Source: Malacoraja senta
Taxonomy: Eukaryota
Assembly (NCBI GenBank): GCA_038087875.1
Contig: CM075990.1
Location: forward strand, 17,920,001-17,984,000
DNA length: 64,000 nucleotides
Direction: 5' to 3'
Positions 37,541 through 49,835 of the stretch are shown here, piece after piece. A model generated the notes under the pieces. The model did not search any database. It saw only the letters and a list, made by a program, of their open reading frames with translations, and was not told where the DNA came from. Positions within the stretch are counted from its first letter, which is position 1. The number at the start of each line of letters is the position of its first letter. Made by a program: the position numbers and the translations under genes.

Positions 37541-38974
37541 GAAATAAAACAATCCTTTGTTCGGTTTGAATGATTCACAAGCTACAGTTTCACCCATAGA
37601 GCCAGTTCTCACTTAAATGTAATGGCAATTTCTAACTTTTCCAGTGTCTTATTTTCTGTTACCATTACTGCACAGGTAAGTAGGAGTGATCTTACGCAGA
37701 CCAAAAAGAACAGATCTTCCAGTCGCTATTTCCAGTTTAATTGTTTCTTTATTGAAGTAGTTGTACAAAGAAAGAGATGAACATATCAGGGTCTCCTTAT
37801 TCTCATACAAGTTGTAGCTTTCTGTTCTTCCCGATCTGGTGAGAACCATGTGCTTTCCACCTCCTGTGCCTGGTCCGAATCACTCCCTGTCCCCTGTAGT
37901 GGCCATTTGGTCTGGTTTGCATGTCACTGATGATGGCATGTGCCTTTCAATTTTAGACTGCCCGTGTATGGTGGGTGGGATTTGTGACGTTTTTTGGGGC
38001 GTGTTTTGGAGCTGGGATGGTTGCGCAGAAGTTTAATTTTTAGTGTAGTTTGGAGACCGCAGGAAGAAGGTTAACCCTTCGACCATGCAGACCACATGCG
38101 GGACCATGCCAGACCATGCCAATGTAATGGAGACACGAGGAGTTTTCCAATGTTTAAAGTTGCAAGTTGGATTTCAAGGAAGATTGCAGTAACGATTCGG
38201 AAGAAACTTGGATGTATCTTACTGTTTACCATCAACAATAAAGCATTTATTCATCAAAAGACTGTATGTTGAAGCTATATCTGTGAAGAAGCTCTGAAGG
38301 TCTCAGAGGAAGCTCGCATGCGTATCGAAGATATTCTCCTTATCCATTCTCATCCATTTTGCGGCTAGGGAGTTAATTTCCTGAAAGATATGAAAAATCT
38401 GCCGCTACACCCCTCAAGCCCATATGTTACGCCCCTCTATGCATCAAATGACCGCCCCCAAGTGTCCAAAATAATACTGCTAGAAATATCTAGACAAAAT
38501 AATATAATATGCCAACAGTAGCTAGCCTAAACATAAATGTCTCCTACACTGTCCCAAAGCCGATTGACCTGCAAACTAGAAGAGTCCGTTTCTACAGCTT
38601 TATTGCTCTACATGCATGTTACAATTCTTCCATTTCATTAAAATAGTGCCCTAACACTTCCCATAATAGAAAATGTACTGCATCCAGTTATTAATATCAT
38701 TAAATATTTTATTATAGCTTGAAAAATTCATAGGAATATTTTCATTGTCAGAATTTCATAGATCATGTATTCATAATTTGGAGCCCCTACACAGGGAAAG
38801 AATGCAGGGGGATAAAGTAGAAACAAATTCTTGGGATAATCTACAACAATTTCCCAGTGTGGAAGAAGGATCATTAGCGTTTAACAAGTACGTGATTTAA
38901 TCGGAGCATTACTTAGTAATTGTGGATTAGCAGTTATTCTACAAATTTACCTAAATTAATATAAATTCATACTT

Positions 38975-39123
38975 TCATGCTTTCATAAATTCATGCTTTC
39001 TTCTTCCCACCCCCCCCACCCTGCATCAGTCTGAAGAAGGGTTTCGGCCCGAAACGTTGCCTATTTCCTTCGCTCCATTGATGCTGCCGCACCCGCTGAG
39101 TTTCTCCAGCATTTTTGTCTACC
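38975..39123 (+). mobile_element. Penelope pseudo-LTR fragment with hammerhead-like motif beside the exon 2 donor
   Basis: CTGAAGAAGGGTTTCGGCCCGAAACGTT at 39031-39058; TATAAATTCATACTT duplicated at 38960-38974 and 39124-39138. Confidence 0.75.
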
Positions 39124-39140
39124 TATAAATTCATACTTAC

Positions 39141-39211
39141 TTAATGAAGGCTGGTGGCATATCCCTCTTCATGACTTGGTCTTCAGTAGTCTGTACCGTT
39201 TCCTTCCCAAC
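39141..39211 (-). CDS. vcl: vinculin exon 2 (71 nt)
   Basis: Minus strand reads ttag|GTTGGGAAG...TTCATTAA|gtaagt and translates VGKETVQTTEDQVMKRDMPPAFIK, matching vertebrate vinculin D1. Absent from the ORF track. Confidence 0.97.
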
Positions 39212-39491
39212 CTAACATAAATATAAATAGCCTCTTGTAAATATTCAGCATACATTTATCACCACGCATAATCTCAATAGACATACATACTGGATGTTAT
39301 AATTTCAGGAAAATCTTAGCAAATCAACCTTGGTCATAATATTGGTCATCAATCATTTCTATTTTGAAATGTACTCATTGTGCTCCTCAGTCCCCTAAAT
39401 TTCTCCAGGGATACACTTGATCCCAGCTGCTTATAATCTAGCCCATACCTTCTTTTTCCTGACCAGAGCCTCAATTTCTCTCATCATTCGG

Positions 39492-39780
39492 CGACACGGT
39501 GGCGCAACAGTAGAGTTGCTGCCTTACAGCTCCAGGGACCTGGGTTCGATCCTGACTACAGGTGCTTGTCTGTAAGGAGTTTGTACGTTTTCCTCGTGAC
39601 CTGAGTGGGTTTTCTCCAGGATCTTCCAAAGACGTACAGGTTTGTAGGTTAATTGGCTTGGTATAATTGTAAAATTGGCCTTAATGTGTTTAGGTTAGTG
39701 ATAGTGTGCCAGGATGGCTGGTCGGTGCGGACTCGGTGAGCCAAATGGCCGGTTTCCGCACTGTATCTCTAAACTAAACT
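39492..39780 (+). mobile_element. tRNA-derived SINE (V-SINE/HE1-like)
   Basis: A box TGGCGCAACAG, B box GGTTCGATCC, conserved ggagtttgtacgtt..ccaaagacgtacagg core and (CTAAA)n tail. Confidence 0.85.
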
Positions 39781-40930
39781 ATCCAGGCTTCCTTACACCC
39801 ATCTGAATTTGCTTTTAAATACAAGATGGTACCAGAGCTTGACAACTCTTACATGCCCTTCCCAGAAGGATCTACTATTATAGCCGTAGAGCTTGTAAAC
39901 CAGTCCTTTGGCTCAACTTGTCCATCCCGACCAACATCTCCTACCTACACTAATCCCACCTGCCTGCATTTGGCCCATATCCCTCTAAATCTATCCTAGC
40001 CATGTACCTGTCTAAGTGTTTCTTAAACAATATGATAGTACCTGACTCAACTACCTCCTCCAGCAGCTTGTTCCATAAACCCACTACCCCTTGTGTAAAA
40101 AAAGTCTATTGTCAGTATCCTGAACATCACAAGCTTTATTGACAAATTCTAGATCCACCATCTGGCTAACGGAAAAACAAGGTACAATAACTGTGAGTGA
40201 ACAAGCAAGGGAGCATATGTACAGCACTTTGTGACTTTTTGTTACAACCCATGCTCCAATTTTGACATCAATGCAAGCTAGATTTTACTCGGTTAGAGAT
40301 TTAATGAAATCTGCAGCAACAATAACAAGGCATTTCCAGCTATTCAGAATAGGCAAGGGGTAGGAGTGGACAATATTTTTTGCAAAGCAAAATTACCCAA
40401 AAATTCAAGATACCTCCCCCTGTTAGCTTCTTCGATGCCTCTCCGAATCATTCCAAAGTCAGAGACCCTTCCTTTTACATAGTAACTTTAATGAGGAAAG
40501 ATGTTTCAAGCAAATTCCAGATTCAGTGACAGTTTCTTCCCAGTTGTTATAATGCAACTGAATCATCCTACCACAACCAGAGAGCAGTGCTAAACTACTA
40601 TCAACCTCTTTGGTGACCCTCAGACCATCCTTGATCGAACTTAGCTACCTTCCACTAAACGTTATTCCTTTACCATGTATCTATACACTGTAAACGGTTG
40701 GATTGTAATTATGTATCGTCTTTCTATTGACTGGATAGCATACAACAAAATGTTTTTCACTGTACCTCGGTACACGTGACAATAAAACAAACTAAACTAA
40801 TGAAAATAATCACTAAAATTTGATGTCCAACCGGAAAGATAATTAGCATTGGGTGATAAAATAAATGCTTTTTGATAAAGGTTTTGAAGAGATTAACAGA
40901 AGAGTGGAATAGGTTCAAAAAGGGAACTAT

Positions 40931-43900
40931 TGTAGCGGGCGCCTGCTGGCGCACGCAGGTATCGAACCCAGCGTTCGGAAGCGGTCACGTGACTCGGGAA
41001 GGGCTGCTGTTTTCGCGCGGTTTTGCTTTCGCGCCACAGTTGTGTTGCTGACCACCGTTGTGATCAGACGTGTTTGCAGAGACCAGTATGCCAAGGAGCG
41101 ATTGTGTTAATAAATTAGTTTAGAAAACTTGGTTGTCGTCTTTGCATCCGCCAAATTGGTGACCCCGGCCTGTCTAGCCATCGTTAGACAAGAGATCATG
41201 CAGGAGGACTACGTCCCTGCAGAATCGGCCGGCACGAGGCAGGGCTCACCGGGCTTCAAGCTACCTTCTTTTTGGCCAGATCAACCTCAGGTGTGGTTCG
41301 CCCACGTTGAGGCACAGTTCCATCTGCATCGAATCATTGCGGATGACACAATGTACTTCCATGTGGTAGGAGCTCTGCCACAGGACTGTGCCTCGAGGCT
41401 GTTGCCGTACATTAGAGACCCACCGACGATCGCAAAGTACGAAGGTTTGAAGGCCCTGCTGTTACATACCTTCGGTCTCAGCCGTAGCGAAAGGGCGGCG
41501 AAGATCCTGCACATGGACAGTGTCGGCGATCAGCGTCCATCCACCATCATGGCAAAGATGCTGGTCCTGATGGCCGGGCATCGCCCGTGTCTGCTTTTCG
41601 AACAGGCGTTCTTGGAGCAGATGCCAGACGAGGTCCGTTTTCAGCAATCGCCAGCACCTCGCGGAGAGAGCCGACAAGTTGTGGACCCACAGACGGCAGG
41701 ACGTTTGTTCTTTCACCCGCCCCACTGCCACGGCGTGGGTGCAACCGAGACGACATCGGGACGAAGGTCAGGATCCGCCCAGCACCGAAGAAGCATCGCT
41801 GCCGGAGGTGTACAGCCGACGACGTTGGTGCTACTACCATCTACGTTACGGTGTGGAAGACAGAAGATGCCGAAGCCCCTGTTCGTTTCAGGGAAATGCC
41901 TTGGCCGATCGCCCATAGAGGCGAACACGATCAGTCCAGCCACCTTTTCCTTGTCGACTCCGGTGCCATAGCCAGCATCCTGCCACCGACCGCCCGAGAT
42001 ACCCGTGTCGGTAAGGTAGGACCCGTCCTCTCGGCCGTTAACGGGAGCGACATTCGCACTTACGGTACGCGGACCCTGGACTAAAATTTCGACTCCCGCC
42101 CGTATAGTTGGAAGTTCAGCGTTGCTGACGTCGCCCAGCCGATATTGGGGGCCGATTTCTTGCGCTCGTTCTCCCTGTTAGTCGATGTGCGGGGCGAGCG
42201 AATGGTTCAGTTGTCGGACCTGTGCCCTGACAAGCCACGCCCCAACAGCAGCTCGACGAGCTAGCTGAGATCCAACAACCTTTCGCAGCCCTTCTCACTG
42301 AATTCCCAGTGTTGCTCACACCCCGGTTTGACGGGGCCTCGCCCCGTCATGGCGTGGTCCACCACATTCCCACCGAGGGCCCACTGGTTCATGCCCGCGC
42401 TCGCCACCTCCCGCCCGATAAACTGCGCATCGCACGAGACGAGTTCCAGCTTATGGAACACATGGGGATTGTCCGGCAGTCGGATAGTCCTTGGGCTTCC
42501 CCTCTGCATATGGTGCCCAAAGCGTCCGGGGGCTGGAGACCTTGCGGTGATTACAGGCGTCTAGACGCCGTAACCACAGCAGATCGGTACCCAGTCCCGA
42601 AACATTCAAGATTTCTCGGCTCATTTGGAGGGCGCCGCCTTCTTCTCGAAGGTCGACCTTGTCCGCGGGTATAATCAGATTCCAGTCCATCCCGACGACG
42701 TCCCTAAGACGGCCACTATCACCTCTTTCGGCCTTTTTGAATGGCTAAGAATGCCTTTTGGCCTGAAGAACGCCGCTGAAGCTTTCCAAAGGCAAATGGA
42801 TCAGGTCGGGCGGGGTTTGCCGTTCATATTCATCTATCTCGATGATATTCTGGTGGCCAGGAGCTCGCAGGTTGAACACGTTAAACACCTCCGCCTGCTC
42901 TTCGAACGGCTACGTAAGCACAGGTTGGTGATCAACCCCCGAAGTGCCAGTTTAGATTGTGCTCCATCTCCTTTTTAGGTCACAACATAACCTGCCATGG
43001 TGCACAACCGCTGCCTGAGAAGGTCGACGCAATCCGTCGCTTCCCGAGGCCACTATCCATCAAGGGCCTGCAGGAATTCATCGGAATGGTCAATTTCTAC
43101 CACCGATTCGTCCCGTCGGCAGCCGCCATCATGCGGCCATTGTTCCAATGTCTGGCAGGCAAGCCTAAGGACCTGGTTTGGTCCAAGGAGGCGGGGATAG
43201 CTTTCGAGGGGGCTAAGGCCGCGCTGGCCAATGCCAGCATGCTGGTACACCCCAGGGCATCGGCCCTCACCGTGGACGCGTCGGACGTCGCGGTGGGTGC
43301 TGTCCTCGAACAGCGGGTAGGTAACCGCTGGCATTTTTCAGCAGGCAGCTGCGGGCCCCGGAGATCAAGTACAGCGCTTTCGATCAGGAGCCCCTCGCGC
43401 TTTACCTAGCGATCCGACATTTCCGTTATTTCCTAGAGGGCCGCGCATTTACCGCATTCACGGACCACAAGCCGCTCACGTTCGCTTTAAATAAGGTGTC
43501 CTGTCTGCCAGGTCTGCCAGGCAACAGCGGCACCTCGCCTACATATCCGAGTTCACTTCTAACATTCGGCATGTGGCGGGGAAGCTGAACGTTGTGGCCG
43601 ACGCGCTATCTCATTTGGCAGTCTCTGAGGTTTCCGCTTTAAACCTAGGTGTGGATTATGCGGAGCTGGCAGCAGCCCAACGCCGGCATGGAGGATTACC
43701 GCAATGCTGGCTTGAGGCGCCTTGTGGTGCCACGGGCGTGCGAGTCATTTGCGATGTCTCAACAGGTAAAGCCCGCCCGATCGTCCCGATTGCCTGAAGG
43801 CGTCGGATTTTCAACACCATCCACAGCCTAGCTCACCCGTCCATCCGCGCCACATCTGCCCTGGTTGCTTCCAAGTTCGTCTGGCACGGGTTACGAAAGC

Positions 43901-44440
43901 AGGTCGCAGCATGGGCCCGCGCTTGAATCCCCTGTCAGACTTCCAAGGTGCAGAGGCATGTGCGCCCGCCCGTGCAGGATTTTGCTGTTCCAGACGGCAG
44001 GTTCCTGCACATCCATGTTGACCTGGTGGGTCCCTTGCCTTGTTCGCTTGGGGCCACTCACTCACTATCATGGATAGGTAAACCAGGTGGGCAGAGGCAA
44101 TACCGTTAACAGAAACCTCCGCTGAGGCTTGTGCACGCGCTATTGTCTCCAATTGGATCACTCGTGTCGGGGTCCCTTCTTATATTACTACCGATCGGGG
44201 GGCCCAGTTCCCGTCCTCCCTGTGGTGTGGTATGGCGCAGCTGTACGGCAGCTGCACCAGACCACCGCGTATCATCCGGAGTCGAACGGTTTCACAGACA
44301 CCTTAAGTCGGCGTTGAAGGCCCAGCTCACTGGCCCCGATTGGGTTGACCAGTTGCCCTGGGTTCTCCTTGGCATCAGAACTACGCCTAAGGAAGACCTC
44401 GACGCCTCCTCGGCCGAGCTGGTTTATGGCTCGGTTTTGC
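40931..44440 (+). mobile_element. Ty3/Gypsy LTR retrotransposon, CsRn1-like lineage; 5' LTR + gag-pol, frameshifted, no 3' LTR
   Basis: TG...CA LTR about 40931-41153 with AATAAA; PBS TGGTGACCCCG at 41157-41167; gag KLPSFWPDQPQVWF; CYYH-x9-C-x3-C; protease FLVDSGA; RT SPWASPLHMVPK, MPFGLKNA, YLDD; RNase H TVDAS; integrase HVDLVGPLP. Confidence 0.92.
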
Positions 44441-45190
44441 AGGTACTACACTTGTCGCTTTACCTCCCCCCTCAACTTCATTCAAGGACCCAAGCAGTCG
44501 TTCCAGGTGCGACAGAGGATCACCTGCATCTCCTCCAACTTCAGGGGGTGGCTGAAGAAGGGTTTCGGCCCGAAACGTTGCCTATTTCCTTCGCTCCATA
44601 GATGCTGCTGCACCCACTGAGTTTCTCCATCACTTTTGTCTACCTTCGATTTTCCAGCATCTGCAGTTCCTTCTTAAACAGTGCAGATGCTGGTTTATGC
44701 CAAAGATAGATACAAAATGTTGGACTAACTCAGCGGGCCAGGCAGCATCTCTGGAGAAAATGGAGAGATGTTATGGGTCAGGACCCTTCTTCAGATTCAT
44801 CTGATTTGATCCGATCGGATAGCATGCAAAACAAAACTTTTCACTGTATTTCAATATGGGTGACAATATTAAACCTAAAATATTAAACCCTCTTGGTTTT
44901 CTTACCCATATCATGAGAAAAAGATCCACCCTCTCAGTACCTCTCATAATCTTATATACTTCTATGCTCAGCCTCCTTTGCTCCAGGGAAAACAAGTCCA
45001 GCCTATCCATAACTAAAAGACACAGCAGGACAGGCAGCATCTCTGGAGAACATGGATAGGTGACCTTGGTCTGAAGAAGGGTCCCAACGCGAAATGTCAC
45101 CTATCCACGTGCTCCAGAGATGCTGTCTGACTCACTAGGTTACTGAGCACTTTGTGTCTTTTGTGGTAAAGCAGCATCTGTGGTTCCTTA
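44441..45190. mobile_element. Penelope-like element fragments (pre-GIY-YIG coding remnant and pseudo-LTRs in both orientations)
   Basis: YTCRFTSPLNFIQGPKQSFQVRQRITCISSN at 44445-44540; hammerhead-like motifs at 44552-44579 (+), 44771-44794 (-, degenerate) and 45071-45098 (+). Confidence 0.75.
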
Positions 45191-45575
45191 CTTTCTATCC
45201 ATAACTAATGAATTCCAAATGTTTGAGGGGGAACAAGAAAACAGTAGTGCCATTTAAGAGGCATTTAGATAGGCACGTGGATATGCTGGAAATAGAAGAA
45301 TATCACATGCAGACAGAGGAGATTAGTTTATCCTGGCATCATGTTTGGCACAGGCAATAAAGGCTGAAGGGCCTGTTACTCTGCTAGACTGTTTAATGTT
45401 TTAAACCTGTTATACGAGAATTTTGCCCGAACAGTGTGACCCATAGCGCTATTTTTAAACGCCATAGCCTTGTGGCCGGTGGCGTTATATTTAAACCACA
45501 TAGACCTGCAGCCGACAGCGCTTTATTGAAATCCCCACGCGCTGCCAACAGTGCTCTGTTTAAACCTTTGCTCGC

Positions 45576-45685
45576 CAAGTCTGTAGCTCTGTGTGTATTG
45601 CCTTTATGCACCAAGTCTGTAGCGCAGTGTGTATTACCTTTATGCACCAAGTCTGTAGCGCTGTGTGTATTACCTTTATCTACCT
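45576..45685. repeat. 36-bp tandem repeat, 3 copies
   Basis: caagtctgtagcgctgtgtgtattacctttatgcac repeated; embedded in an unclassified CpG-containing segment at 45390-45900. Confidence 0.85.
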
Positions 45686-46627
45686 GTGTGTATTACCTAT
45701 GGTAAAATCTCCTGTGGAGAAGTCCCCCATGAAACCTGTGCTGATTGTCATCACCTGCTAAGAAACTCCCTGTGAAGGTTGTACCTATGGCGGCATCACC
45801 TGTAAAGAGTACTGCCGAGAGGCTGTAACAAACGCGTGCAGTGTCTGCAAGCCTGTGATAAGATACAAAGACTTTGTCTAGAGGCAGATCCTGGACTCAC
45901 AGTAACTAAAACTGACATTACTCATATTACATCCTCCGCTGCTTTGCTGTAGATGATAGTTAACTTTATATCCTTATATATGTCTTTGCATGCTTGTATT
46001 TAGCTTATGGGCAAAAGCCTAAGGAGAATGATGTAGATAAATCACTATTGCCGATTTGATTTGTCGAATTTAGAATTCTATCTTTTGGACCTGTATTGTC
46101 TCTACCCATAACTATCTTAAACATAATAGAACAGTGATCGCTGGTCCAGAAAGGTTCATCCAAAAACACCTCATCCACTTGCCACTTTCGAATTCCCAAG
46201 ACAAGATCAAGCATAGCCCTCTTCCATGTAGGGCCCTCTACATATTGACGAAGGAAATCTCGTATTAAAATAAGCGCAATTCAAACCAACAGTCCTTCCT
46301 CACTTCCTGCCCTTCCTCTGCCTCCACTTCTCAAGCATACCTCGACATTTTGGCAAAATAGAACAAAAATGCAGGCGGTCAATTTTGATTAAAGAATATG
46401 ATCACATTGCAGGCTGTAGAACATTGCAGTATGAAAACTGGCTGCTACATTTCCTGCACTGTGACAATGACTGTACTTCAAATATGTAGTAATTGCGAAA
46501 TAGTTAGTAATTGCTCGTTGTTACAAAAGGTGCTGTACAAATACATTTCATTTACAGATTCTGGTACAACATAACTCCAAGAGCCTGTCAGAGGAGCATT
46601 TCTAATAGAATGCAAGAGAAATTTGGA

Positions 46628-47250
46628 CAAAGTCAAAAGTCAAAGTTGATTTTATTCGTCACATGCACCCGAAGGTGCAGTGAAATGAATTTGCTAGCAG
46701 CGATACACTTAAAAAGAACACACAATACACAATAAGATTTAACACAAACATCCACCACAGCATTTGTCACTGTAGTGGAAGGCAATAAAGTTCATCCAGT
46801 CCTCCTCCCTTGTTCACCCGTGGGCGGGGCCATAAACCCTCCGTAGTCGCTGCTAGTTGGCCCGATGTACAGGCCCTCTTGTCGGGATGATCAAAACTCC
46901 GACGTCGGGACAATAGGAGCACTCCTCCCGGCGACCCACGGCAAGGGTTCGCCCGCTCCACGATGGAAAAGTCCACGCTTCGCCTGCTGCTAATGCTCCG
47001 GGCCCGACTCCGGGAAAGGCAGCTCTAATCCATGCTGTTACACCGCAAGGGAGGCGACATGGAATAAGTCGCCCCTCCGCCGAGGTCACCGGAAACGGTT
47101 CCCCCATTTCCTCCCCCCCCCCCACCACCTCCCACAAAAGACACACCCAGAGACACCTAAAATAACACTAGACACACCAATTTTTTTTTTTAATCGAAAT
47201 AATGAACACGCTGCTGGCAGGGCAGCCGACTCGTAGCGCCCCCACCGACC
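46628..47250 (-). mobile_element. GC-rich non-autonomous retroposon (copy D), Rex-like tail
   Basis: 5' GGGGCGCT..GGC.GCCCTGCCAGC.GCGTGTT shared with 49848-49886; stem-loop at 46751-46779; tail GTGACGAATAAA..(TTTGACT)n. Confidence 0.7.
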
Positions 47251-47254
47251 AAAT

Positions 47255-47640
47255 GACGTGCTGGAGTAACTCAGCATGTCAAGCAGAATCTCTGGAAACA
47301 TTGACAGATGACGTTTCAGGTCAGGACCATTCTTCAGATTGAATGTGGGGTGGGGGGGGTGGAAAGAGGAAAGAACACTGGTAAAGTTATTGCCATCAAC
47401 AAGTTCTACATGGGAGCAGGAGGCAGCACTGATGCAGTCATCGATGTAGCAGAGAAAGAGTTAGGGGGTGGTGCTGGTGTGGAGCAGGACAGTTCAACGT
47501 AGCCAACAAAAAGGTACGCAAGTGCCCATGGCTACATCTCTATAGAAGAAAGTCAGAGGAGTCAAAAGTAGTTGGTGTGGGCGAGGATGAATTTTGCCAG
47601 GTGGACGAGAATGTTAGTTGAGGGAAATTGATTGACACAC
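47255..47640 (-). mobile_element. Penelope-like RT remnant plus pseudo-LTR
   Basis: Minus strand LFLCYIDDCISAASCS (Penelope-type YIDD); hammerhead-like motif at 47310-47337. Confidence 0.7.
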
Positions 47641-49835
47641 ATTCCTGGGTTGTATCATCATGAAGGGAACAGTGGAGATCTAAATGCAACTCGCTTCCTA
47701 CACAGAACATCTCTAAATAATTTCCCGTGAAGGTAAGAGAGAAGCAGCAGCCAGAAGCAGCGAGAGCTAGTATTGGCTGGAAGTAGGTGTCAGAGGGAAA
47801 GAAGATTTAAAAAGAGCGCCAAAGGCCCGCATTCAAGTTATTCGCTAATTAGCCCTAAAGTAGTTGATTAGGTAACAGATAAAGATGTGCAGCTGTAGGG
47901 GAGCAGCCTTGTTGAGGTGAAGTGGCTTGGTGAATAAAGTGTGAGTCTTTGGCTTGAGAGTCTACAGTGAGGAGGCTACACTTGATCGAAATTTGTGATT
48001 TTTGTTCACTAAAGAAATGGCAGGCAAGTTGGTGCAGTATGTTTCCTGCAAGATGTGGGAAGTCAGGGACACCGCTGGAGTTTCTGGAAACTACACCTGC
48101 AGAAATTGTGTCCAGGTGCAACTCCTGAATGAACGTGTTGGGGAACTGGAGAAGCAGCTGGATGACCTCAAGGCCATCCAGGAAAATGAGTTTCCTGGAC
48201 AGGACCTACAGTGAGGTTGTCACGCCAAGGATACAGGAAGAGCAAAGGTGGGTGACTGTGAGAAAGGGGAGTAAACATTGAGTGCAGGAGACCCCGGTGG
48301 CTGTGCCTAATGAAAACAGGTACACCCTGTTGGGAGCTGTCGGGACAGACGACGCTTCTAGTCCGAGCGGCGGACAGGTCGGTGGCTCCAATCCCAGCAA
48401 TAAGACTCGACCGGCGAGACCGACTTCGGGCAGAGCCATAGTGGTGGGTGACTCAATTGTCCGAGGTGCGGACAGGAGATTCTGTGGCGGCAGGCGAGAC
48501 TCGAGGATGGTCTGTTGCCTCCCTGGTGCCAGGGTTCAAGTCACGGACCGACTTCAGAACATCCTCGAGGGGGAAAGTGAACAGCCGGAAGTAGTTGTGC
48601 ACGTGGGGAACGTCGGGAAGAAGAGGAAGGAGGTTCTGCTATGTGAGTTGAGAGAGTTAGGAAGAAGAGTGAAAAGCAGGACTTCTAGGGTAGTTATCTC
48701 TGGATTGCTTTCTGTACCTCGTGCTGGTGAGGGCAGGAACAGGGAGATAGGGGATCTGAATGTGTGGCTGGGGAGCTGGTGCAGGGAGCAGGGATTTAGA
48801 TTTATAGACCACTGGGATCTCTTCTGGGGTAGGGTTGACCTGTACAAAAGGGACGGGTTTCACCTTATCTGGAGATGGACCAACGTTCTGGCAGGCAGCT
48901 TTGCTAGTGCTACACGTGTGGGTTTAAACTAAATAGCAGGGGGAGGGGTTGACAAATTGGGAGTATAAAGATGGAGTTAAAGGGGAAATGAGTACAGGAA
49001 AAGTTACAAAAGACTCCCAAATTAATGGGAAAGTTCGAGAAGGGATAAGAGAGTAAGGCCAGGGCCAAAAGTGACCGGTGTGAGAGGGGAGGTGAATACC
49101 GAAGTTAGTGTTGTATGAATGCGTGAAGTATAAGAAATAAAGTGGATGAGCTTGAGGCTCAGTTAGAAATTGGCAAGTATGTTGTAGGAATTACAGAGAC
49201 ATGGCTGCAAGAGGACCAGGGCTGGGAACTGAATAGTTAGGGGTATACGTCCTATCAAAAAGACAGACAGGTGGGCAGAGGGGGTGGGGTAGCTCTATTG
49301 GTAAAGAATTAAATTCAGTCCCTTGCAAGAGGTGACATAAAATCAGGAGATGTAGTCAGTATGGATAGAACTGAGAACTCCTAATGGGAGTTATCTACAG
49401 GCCCCCAAACAATAGCCTGGATATAGGGTGCAAATTGAAGTTAAAATTGGCATGTTGCAAAGGTAATGCTACGGTGGTTATGGGAGATTTCAACATACAG
49501 GTCGACTGGGAGAATCAGGTTGGTACTGGACCCCAAGAAAGCGAGTTTGTGGAGTGCATCTGAGATGGATTCTTAGAGCTGCTTGTACTGGAGCCTACTA
49601 TGGAGAAGGCAATTCTGGGTTTAGTGTTGTGTCATGATCCAGATTTGATGAGGGAACTCAAGGTAAAGGAGCCATTAGGAGGTAGGGACCATAATATAAA
49701 TTTCTAATCTACAATTTGAGAGGGTGAAATTGGAAGTGTCAGTATTACAGTTAAGCAAAGGTGACTATGGAGGCATGAGGGAGGAGCTGGCCAAAGTTGA
49801 CTGGAAAGAGACCCTAGCAGGGATGACAGTGTAAC

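Noticed and set aside
39492..39570. tRNA gene
   Set aside because: The A/B boxes run into a SINE core and tail, no full cloverleaf forms, and there are three related copies in the window.
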